From positions 1-31,015 of the IMG/VR virus record IMGVR_UViG_3300048892_000042: a stretch of 31,015 nucleotides of DNA; one strand, written 5' to 3'. Below the pieces are notes generated by a model. It was not told where the DNA came from. It worked only from the letters and a program-made list of their open reading frames with translations, and ran no database searches. Position 1 is the first letter of the stretch; every line of letters starts with the position of its first letter. Below, in pieces: positions 24,596-31,015 of the stretch. Both the position numbers and the translations under genes were made by a program. Source of the DNA: a virus. Taxonomy: Duplodnaviria > Caudoviricetes.

Positions 24596-25108
24596 CTATG
24601 GCCCCGCCGTGGCGAGCAACGCCATTTGCAGGTTATCCTTGGTGAACTCATCCATGACCAACTGGACGGTCATGGCCTGCTGGACGACCGGCGAAAAATC
24701 CTTTTTGCGGATGCCGCCGACGCGGTGGTTCCAGTGTTCGAGGCGCTCGACGGTCGGCGTCAATGAAAAGGTATTGACGTTGCCGACATCGCGTGGGGTT
24801 ACGTCGCCCTCGCCCTGCCAGGTGATGATCCCGGTGCCGACGTAGTAAGCGGCGGTGGTGGGGCTCACCATCGCGTCATCCGGATGCACCAGGGTGCCGA
24901 ACGAGCCGGTGACGGGATCGGCGAGCACGTCGCCTTCGAGTTCGATCTGGCCCCATTGATCCTGGATGAATGCGAGCGCGCCGGACGGCCCGAATTGCAC
25001 GAGCGGCAGGGTGATCACCACCTTCGGCCCGATGTCGTTGGTGCCGGTGAACACCAGTTCGCCGCTGATCTGAGACTGTAGCCCGATGTTCAGTGTGCTT
25101 GCGGCCAT
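24596..25108 (-). CDS. Major tail tube protein
   Basis: Position plus YYVG.G...RDVGNV..F..TP..E.LEH and F.GTNDIGP...WG.IELEG.VL motifs. Confidence 0.85.
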   Translation of the reverse strand: MAASTLNIGLQSQISGELVFTGTNDIGPKVVITLPLVQFGPSGALAFIQDQWGQIELEGDVLADPVTGSFGTLVHPDDAMVSPTTAAYYVGTGIITWQGEGDVTPRDVGNVNTFSLTPTVERLEHWNHRVGGIRKKDFSPVVQQAMTVQLVMDEFTKDNLQMALLATAGP

Positions 25109-25124
25109 TGAGCGACCTCCTCTA

Positions 25125-25616
25125 CTAGAACTTGGTGAATTCGCGCAGTGTCTCGCCGACGATGGCTTCCAGTTCGGCTATGGCCCGCGGACGCATCGCA
25201 GCGCCCGGGCCGCGCAGGAAGCGGCGTGCGGTGATGTGCGGTCGGCGGCGTTGGTAGGCGGCGACCGACCCGGTATTCCGCCGATAGCCCCTCACCGGAA
25301 CCGGCCCACTACGCCGCTTTCCCGGGCCGCCGTATTCGAGCGCCCCGAATGCCGCCGCGACCCGCTGCGCCTTGCCGGTCGGCAATATCCGCACCCGGCC
25401 GCGCACGAAATCCTGGCGCACATCGACGAAGCGTCGCGTCGCGGCGCGCAGCCGCCCAGTTTGAACCGGCTCGCGGGCTTTGACTTGCGACAGCAGTTGC
25501 ATGGTCAGTTGGGTGATCTTGACTTCGAGCCGGTGCTTCAGCTCGGCCGGCATCGCGTCGAGATGCAAAATTAGGCTGTTGACGTTGGAATCGATGCTGA
25601 CGTTGAGGTCGCTCAC
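25125..25616 (-). CDS. HK97 gp10-like tail completion protein
   Basis: PVQTGRLR, LEYG, RRFLR motifs; basic. Confidence 0.7.
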   Translation of the reverse strand: MSDLNVSIDSNVNSLILHLDAMPAELKHRLEVKITQLTMQLLSQVKAREPVQTGRLRAATRRFVDVRQDFVRGRVRILPTGKAQRVAAAFGALEYGGPGKRRSGPVPVRGYRRNTGSVAAYQRRRPHITARRFLRGPGAAMRPRAIAELEAIVGETLREFTKF

Positions 25617-26062
25617 GCCACGAGATCATCCAACCGGAAGGCGTAAACGAAGGTCAGCGTGATATCGAGCCGGTGTTCCTTGGCTTCGGCATCGGGCGGC
25701 AGCACGACGCAGCCGTGATAGGTGATCCGGCCATTCGTACCCACGGCGTCGCGCAACTGGCCGTCCGACAGCACCGCGGCGACGATGGCACTACGGTAGC
25801 GGGACAACAGCACGCCGGGATCGGCGGTGCCGCCGGCGCGGAGGTAGACGCTGATCCCCGGCGACAACTCCATGCGCTGCAATTCGCTGTAGCGGACGGT
25901 CTCGGGCTGATTGCGCATCGCCTCGATGCCGTCCTGGATGATGACGGCCGGCCGGGCGTTGCTCGGCACGTCGAGGGCGTTGCGCACCACCGCGGTAATG
26001 CCGCTGACGGACGCGCAGAGCGCCGCCAGGCGCGACAGGATGACCTCGCGCTGGTCAGCCAC
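25613..26062 (-). CDS. Tail terminator protein
   Basis: D.RE.IL.RL N-terminus, RPAVII.DG; neck position. Confidence 0.65.
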   Translation of the reverse strand: MADQREVILSRLAALCASVSGITAVVRNALDVPSNARPAVIIQDGIEAMRNQPETVRYSELQRMELSPGISVYLRAGGTADPGVLLSRYRSAIVAAVLSDGQLRDAVGTNGRITYHGCVVLPPDAEAKEHRLDITLTFVYAFRLDDLVA

Positions 26063-26399
26063 GGCAGAGCAGGTTCACGCGGCACAGCGCGCCGCCGTAG
26101 GACAAGGGCGCAATCTCAGTGATGTTGGCCGGATTGCCGTCGATCAGAATGATGTCGTCGCGCGATGGCACGCCGAAGCTGCCGAGGCCGGTCGGGCTGA
26201 GCACGACCCGGATTTCCTGCGACTCGCCGGCTTCGAGCGATTGCGGCCCGAAGTTGCGCACCGCCGCCGGTGCCTCGACCTGTTCGGAAACGGTGTTGGC
26301 GCCGGTAACCGGATCGACCGTCGTGCGCTGCAAGGTGACCGTCTGGCCGTAGCCGGCGATGGCCGCGTCGAGGCGGGAGATGAGGGTCTGCGGGGTCAC
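26055..26399 (-). CDS. Head closure/head-tail joining protein
   Basis: GTG 26399; GQTVTLQR...D.ILIDG...NLLCRG. Confidence 0.7.
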   Translation of the reverse strand: MTPQTLISRLDAAIAGYGQTVTLQRTTVDPVTGANTVSEQVEAPAAVRNFGPQSLEAGESQEIRVVLSPTGLGSFGVPSRDDIILIDGNPANITEIAPLSYGGALCRVNLLCRG

Positions 26400-27043
26400 A
26401 GCGACCAACTGATCCGGTACGGGGTCAGCCACTCGCGGACTGATCCCGGCATCGCCGTTGCGTCCGAGGTGTCGCCGGCGCTGCTGTAGACTTGGGTGAT
26501 GAGGTCGGGGATCGTCTCGGAGCGCACCGAGGGATCGCGCCCGACCGCGTTGTAGCGGATCGATATCCACTCCAGGCACGCGCCCTGCACATCGGCTGGG
26601 ATCGGATCGAAGCCGGCGGTGTAATCGACCACCAAGGTCGCGGTATTCCAGGCATAAGGCGCCGCCGACCCGTCGAGCCGGTAGAGGCTGCCGGCGTCCG
26701 GGTAGATGTCGAGGTATGCCGGGTCGAGCGCCACGCCCGCTTCGGTGACGGCGACGAGCGGCACGCCGGCAACGTCAACCGCGATCGGATATTGCCGGGT
26801 TATGAACGGCTCACCGTAACCGCCGTAAGCATTGCGAACCTGATCGCGATAAACCTGCTGGACGAATACGCGGTCGCAGTAACTGGCGATCGCCGCCGAG
26901 GTCGCGCTGATGTGCTGGCTGATCTGGGCGTCCTTCGAGGTGTCCGCGGCATCGATGCCGAGCAATGCCTTGGCCTGGTCCAGCGTCACCAAATCGAGGC
27001 TCGTCGCCGGCGTGACGACGCGGGTGATGCGGTAATAGTTCAC
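26396..27043 (-). CDS. Head-tail connector (gp6/gp15-like)
   Basis: GTG 27043; LVTLDQAK..L, YCDR.F, VDYTAGF..IPADVQ.A, L.PYR. Confidence 0.85.
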   Translation of the reverse strand: MNYYRITRVVTPATSLDLVTLDQAKALLGIDAADTSKDAQISQHISATSAAIASYCDRVFVQQVYRDQVRNAYGGYGEPFITRQYPIAVDVAGVPLVAVTEAGVALDPAYLDIYPDAGSLYRLDGSAAPYAWNTATLVVDYTAGFDPIPADVQGACLEWISIRYNAVGRDPSVRSETIPDLITQVYSSAGDTSDATAMPGSVREWLTPYRISWSL

Positions 27044-27666
27044 CGGGCGAGCCGCGACAGCAGCGGGTAGAGATCGCAGCCGAGGGCGCTGCCGTCGCCG
27101 AAGCGCAGCGTCAGCATGCCCTCGGGATCGACTTCGAGCGCGGTCGCCACCGGCCCCGGCGGCCCGCGCTCGCCCCGCTCGCCGGGCTTGCCTGGCTTGC
27201 CGTACCCGCCCTGCGCCGCGAGCATCTGCCAACCCTCACCGGGGCACGGACCCGGACCATCGACCCGCGCCGCAAAGCTCGCGCCATTGAGCATCACAAC
27301 GTCGAGCGCGCGATACTCGGATGACGGGTTCCACGTCCCACGGATCGTGAAGCTGCGCCCTTCGCCGCCCGGCTCCCCTGGCGGTCCAGGAAGCCCCTGG
27401 ATGCCCGGTTCGCCGGGTGGGCCTGTGATAGCCTCGCCCGGCTCTCCACGCTCTCCACGCTCGCCGGGCGGCCCTGGCGGGCCATCCTGTAGCGATGCCA
27501 GCCGCTCGGCGACGGCGCGCTCGATCCGCAGCTCGAATTCGGCGCGGTCGGCGCGCAGCCGCTCGGCCTCAACGGTAAAGGCTAGCTTCAGGTCGCGCTC
27601 GATGCGGGCGGCTTGCGCGCCTAGCTCGCCGCCGAGCGCGATGGCGAGTTCATCCAGCGCCGGCAT
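27040..27666 (-). CDS. Collagen-like head-associated protein
   Basis: Coiled-coil N-terminus, two Gly-X-Y runs, RGTW..Y..LDVV...GASF.A...GPCPG.GWQ domain. Confidence 0.8.
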   Translation of the reverse strand: MPALDELAIALGGELGAQAARIERDLKLAFTVEAERLRADRAEFELRIERAVAERLASLQDGPPGPPGERGERGEPGEAITGPPGEPGIQGLPGPPGEPGGEGRSFTIRGTWNPSSEYRALDVVMLNGASFAARVDGPGPCPGEGWQMLAAQGGYGKPGKPGERGERGPPGPVATALEVDPEGMLTLRFGDGSALGCDLYPLLSRLAR

Positions 27667-29020
27667 CGATCATCCTCCGAATCTCCGCAATGCCGCCAGC
27701 CTTTGCCGCCGCAGTGTCGACAGGTTTGTTTTCGTTGGCGCTGGCGGCTGACGCGGCAGGTTGCGCCGCCTGCGGCGAGGGCGGCTGCATGTCGCTGCCG
27801 TAGCTGAGCGGGACGACCTGCTGCTGGACCCGCGGTTGCTTTCCGACCCCGCCCGGTACTGCCGGCAGGTCTTCGGATGCGCGCGCCTCGTCGGGACTGT
27901 AGATGCCGGAAATGACACCGCGCGCCAGCGCCTCGATGCGCTCCCGGTAGGCCGAGCGGAGCAGCGCCCGGGTATCGAGTTCGAGATATTCGTCCGGCAC
28001 GCCGCGAAGCTGGAAGAGTTGCCCGAAGGCTTCCTCGATGTGGTTCAGGGTAAAGCCCAGCCCGGTGCCGATCCACGACTGCATCAGCAACTCGGTGTTG
28101 GCGAAGGTTGTGCCGCCGATGCCGAGGATTTGCAGCGGTATCCGCATCGCCAGCGCGATGTTCTGATCGCTCATCTTGAGCATTTCGGCGAGCTGCGCAT
28201 CGACCGCGCTTGTGGCGATCGACTGCGCCTTTAGTCCGTTCGTCAGGATCGGGGTGCGACCGGCATTCTCGCTCTGGGTTTGCTGGTCCCACCATTGGCG
28301 CAGTTCCTGCGCCTGCTCGCGCTTCAGCGGCAGATCGGTAGTCAGCAGAAAGCTCGGCCGCGCCTGGTTCAGATAGAACGCGATCTGTTGATTGAGCGCC
28401 GCATCCGACATTGCCAGATCCAGCGCCGCCGCCATGATCGGGCTCGCGCCCTTGAGCGGATGCCGCGGCGTATGCAGCCGAATATGCAACACGTCGCGCG
28501 CCGGCACCGGATACGATAAATCCAGCCGCTGCTCGATGATCTCGTTGCCCTGTAGCGAATAGAAGATGCTGCCGTCCTCGGCCACCGTCGCCGAGCCTTC
28601 GCGCATCAGGTGCAGTTCAATGATCTCGGCGCGTGCGTTGCGCACCGCGAGCGCAAACGTCTCGCCGCGCTCATACAGCCGCCGCGTCAGGTTCAGCAAA
28701 AAATCGCTGATGCTCTGGTAATCGTTCGGCCGCCGCATGATGCGCGACAGCGCCGAATTCGTCACCCGCTCGCGCCCGCCATTCGACAGGCTGCGCCAGT
28801 GGTCGCCGGGACACATCGGCACCGTCTGGCTGTAAGCGCTGATGCACGCCTCCAGCATGGCGCTGCGCCCGCCATAGGGCTGCACGTTTTGGCCGTTTTG
28901 CCAGTAATTCCACGAACTGCCGGCGGGCAGCCAGCCGTGGGAGAGGAAATACGGCCCGGGACGGTATTGCCCCTCGGCCGCCCGCCCCCACGGCAGCATT
29001 CGGGTGAGCCAGTTCGCCAT
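27650..29020 (-). CDS. HK97-family portal protein
   Basis: RPNDYQS..DF, DVLHIRL, G.SPI, NAG...IL..G, IA...RIP...LG, S.DEAR..E.LP. Confidence 0.93.
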   Translation of the reverse strand: MANWLTRMLPWGRAAEGQYRPGPYFLSHGWLPAGSSWNYWQNGQNVQPYGGRSAMLEACISAYSQTVPMCPGDHWRSLSNGGRERVTNSALSRIMRRPNDYQSISDFLLNLTRRLYERGETFALAVRNARAEIIELHLMREGSATVAEDGSIFYSLQGNEIIEQRLDLSYPVPARDVLHIRLHTPRHPLKGASPIMAAALDLAMSDAALNQQIAFYLNQARPSFLLTTDLPLKREQAQELRQWWDQQTQSENAGRTPILTNGLKAQSIATSAVDAQLAEMLKMSDQNIALAMRIPLQILGIGGTTFANTELLMQSWIGTGLGFTLNHIEEAFGQLFQLRGVPDEYLELDTRALLRSAYRERIEALARGVISGIYSPDEARASEDLPAVPGGVGKQPRVQQQVVPLSYGSDMQPPSPQAAQPAASAASANENKPVDTAAAKAGGIAEIRRMIDAGAG

Positions 29021-29328
29021 CAGGTGCGGGTCTGATAACCGCTGCGGCCTTGCTCCGGCTTCACGTCGCGCTGTTGCCGTTCTTTTTCTTCGCGCTCACG
29101 GCGCTGGTGCGCGGTCTCGCCGTGGCGCGCTTCGGGCGGCGGCTCGGCGGGCGCTTCCGCGGCACCCTCCTTGAAGGCGTCGGCTTCCTCCTGTGTCGGC
29201 GTCGGCTGTTCCGGCGGCGACGATACCCGCTGGGCAATTTCCTTGTCGGTCTGCTCTTTCTGGGCTCGCTCCTGATCCTTCCGGTCGGCTTCCGGACCCG
29301 GCGGTGTGCGGCGTGTGCTGTCCATCAT
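29020..29328 (-). CDS. Charged disordered head-module protein
   Basis: GGAGG SD; PTPTQEEAD motif, GYQTR end. Confidence 0.65.
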   Translation of the reverse strand: MMDSTRRTPPGPEADRKDQERAQKEQTDKEIAQRVSSPPEQPTPTQEEADAFKEGAAEAPAEPPPEARHGETAHQRREREEKERQQRDVKPEQGRSGYQTRT

Positions 29329-29348
29329 TTCCTCCGTTGTGATTCGGT

Positions 29349-29753
29349 TTACGCCGTCGCTACGGCAATGGCATTGGACGGCGGCGCGGCGGTTGACCCG
29401 GCGCCATTCGTCGCGGTGACGACGCAGGTCATGCTGTGTCCGGCGTCGCTTGCCGCCACGACGTAGCTGTTGCCGCTGCCGGCAACATCGGCGCCGTCGC
29501 TCTTCCAGGCATAGGCATAGTCGGTCGGCTGGCCGCCCCAGACGCCCATCGTACAGGTGAGCGTGGCGCCCACCACGCCATCGCCCCCGAGATAGGGCAC
29601 GTCGAGATTGCGCGGCGGCGCCAGCGCGCTCGGCTCTTCGCCGTGCACCTGCTCCTTGATGTAATCGGCGCGCACCTGCGACGGTTGCGGCATCGGGGCC
29701 GGGCCTTCGTCATCGCGCGCGGTGCGGTCGCTTCGCATGTGCTTTTCCTCCAC
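29349..29753 (-). CDS. Ig-like domain virion protein
   Basis: P.N..VP...G...VG.TLTCT.G.W..QPT.Y.Y.W...Y.V...D.G....C.VTATN..GS. Confidence 0.75.
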   Translation of the reverse strand: MEEKHMRSDRTARDDEGPAPMPQPSQVRADYIKEQVHGEEPSALAPPRNLDVPYLGGDGVVGATLTCTMGVWGGQPTDYAYAWKSDGADVAGSGNSYVVAASDAGHSMTCVVTATNGAGSTAAPPSNAIAVATA

Positions 29754-29758
29754 GAGCA

Positions 29759-29778
29759 GGCGGGGCCGAAGCCCCGCC
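29759..29778 (-). promoter_or_regulatory. C(UUCG)G tetraloop hairpin after capsid gene
   Basis: GGCGGGGC-TTCG-GCCCCGCC without U-tract; stabiliser or weak terminator. Confidence 0.55.
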
Positions 29779-29785
29779 CGTGGCT

Positions 29786-31015
29786 TTATCCCCAGTTCAC
29801 GCCGGAACCGATGAACTGCACCATGCCGCTGCGCCGCATTGCCCAGTTGACGTTGGCCAGCATGCGGATCGCAATCTGCGCGGTTTGGAACATCGATTGC
29901 GTCGGGGTCGCCAACACGCCCGAGCCCTGCGCGCCGGACGCGATGTTGAGTGGCGTCGTGTCCTCCATGTGGATGGTCGCGACTTCACTGACCTCGAACT
30001 CCGGTGCGCCGGACACACTGACGAAATCCGCCGCGTCGATCATGTAAACCGCGCCGGCCGCGATGCTGGTCGACGTGATGACGGTAAACATGTCGGTGAA
30101 TTGGGTTGACCAGCCGAACGGCGCGCCGGCCGGCCCCGGTGCGAACATCAACTGGTTGCGCTGCGCCGGATTCATCAGCAGCACCAGCTTGCGGCCGGCA
30201 TTCACGGCGTAAAATGGACCCGTCAGCTTGGCGAGGTCGCCGAGAAACGCCGCATAGCCGCCACCCGCCGTTGCGGTGAGGGTGGAGACGCCGTTGGTGA
30301 GGCCCGCCGGGCGCGTCGTTGACACCGCCACATTGTCGAGCAGCAGCGCATCGATGTTGATCTGCGTGTCGTCGATGATGCTGGTGCGGATCAGCGCCTC
30401 GATGTCGGGGTTGGAATAGGCCGCAATCTCGCGGCTGAACACCGAGATGCCGCCGACCTTGTGCGGGTAGAGCGTGATCGACGTGGTGCCCAGCCGGCGC
30501 ACCGGGATCGGCGCCGCTTCCGCGACGAACGAGCCGCCGATCGAGGGCGTTGCGGCGCGCGACGGGATTTTGATTGCCCCGGCATTCGGGCCGAAGGTCA
30601 GCGCCGTGCCGAGTTGCGCGAGCTTAGGAAACACCTGGTTGGGCATCAGGCTGTTGACGAACTCGCCCTGGCCCAACTGCACCAGTTCGGCCGCCCATCC
30701 CGCGGTTGTCGTAGTCGCGCCGGCGATCGCCGCGCGGGTGACGACCGCGGTCTGCTCGTCGTCGGGATAGCGCTCGCTCAGCACAGCCTCGATCGGCAGG
30801 CCGCGGGCGACCGCGATAAACCGCGCGACGCAGTGATTGGCGTATATTGCGCCCGGCGAGCGTTCCTTGACGGGCAACCCGAGCGGCCGGCGGTTGATCG
30901 ACGGCGCGCTCAGCGGCGGCAATACCTGCTGCTCCGCGGCGGCACGCACCGCCAGCGACCGCTCGGTCGCCCGCAACGATGTCAGCCGCTTTTCCTGCTC
31001 GGCAATCTCGGCATT
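29786..31015 (-). CDS. HK97-fold major capsid protein (5' part outside window)
   Basis: Frame open to window end with coiled-coil segment; FVAE..PIP, L.P.K.GGI..FS.E, RPAGL.NG, SMFQT...AIR...NW..RR. Confidence 0.93.
   Translation of the reverse strand, partial: NAEIAEQEKRLTSLRATERSLAVRAAAEQQVLPPLSAPSINRRPLGLPVKERSPGAIYANHCVARFIAVARGLPIEAVLSERYPDDEQTAVVTRAAIAGATTTTAGWAAELVQLGQGEFVNSLMPNQVFPKLAQLGTALTFGPNAGAIKIPSRAATPSIGGSFVAEAAPIPVRRLGTTSITLYPHKVGGISVFSREIAAYSNPDIEALIRTSIIDDTQINIDALLLDNVAVSTTRPAGLTNGVSTLTATAGGGYAAFLGDLAKLTGPFYAVNAGRKLVLLMNPAQRNQLMFAPGPAGAPFGWSTQFTDMFTVITSTSIAAGAVYMIDAADFVSVSGAPEFEVSEVATIHMEDTTPLNIASGAQGSGVLATPTQSMFQTAQIAIRMLANVNWAMRRSGMVQFIGSGVNWG

Larger units (their letters stand above)
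1..31015. mobile_element. Temperate siphovirus genome segment (HK97-type head, non-contractile tail), excised/attP form
   Basis: Continuous phage modules: capsid, portal, neck, tail tube, chaperones, tape measure, fibres, integrase, attP, recombination, immunity and replication; no host housekeeping genes. Confidence 0.95.

Noticed and set aside
13385-31015. Gene transfer agent cluster
   Set aside because: Linked integrase, attP, immunity switch and replication genes indicate an autonomous temperate phage

Overview
Most of the genome of a GC-rich temperate siphovirus, probably infecting an alphaproteobacterium. It appears to be in its excised form, because an intact attP (3' half of tRNA-Arg(CCG) flanked by arm-type repeats) has phage genes on both sides. 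From left to right: (i) a leftward cro operon ending in a NusG-like antiterminator, with a ParB/DGQHR-like gene, a DUF1376 replication gene with internal ori, a VRR-NUC-like nuclease and a DUF3309-like gene; (ii) a cro/cI switch with CCGA-N6-TCGG operators; (iii) a rightward early operon with two orphan antitoxin-like genes (DUF2283-like, HigA), YqaJ exonuclease, RecT/Bet-like SSAP, excisionase and tyrosine integrase; (iv) attP and a moron cluster; (v) a leftward morphogenesis module from the major capsid protein (cut by the window edge) to the tail fibres. The most unusual part is the moron cluster at 12.3-13.3 kb. Two genes there share a structured symE/SymR-like RNA leader: a 50-aa single-TM type I toxin-like peptide and a secreted stand-alone Tad/Flp pilus secretin N-terminal domain, a candidate pilus-jamming superinfection-exclusion factor. 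Also notable are an apparently circularly permuted tail tube protein and a -1 frameshift in the tail chaperone. All family calls come from motif recognition by eye; no searches were run.
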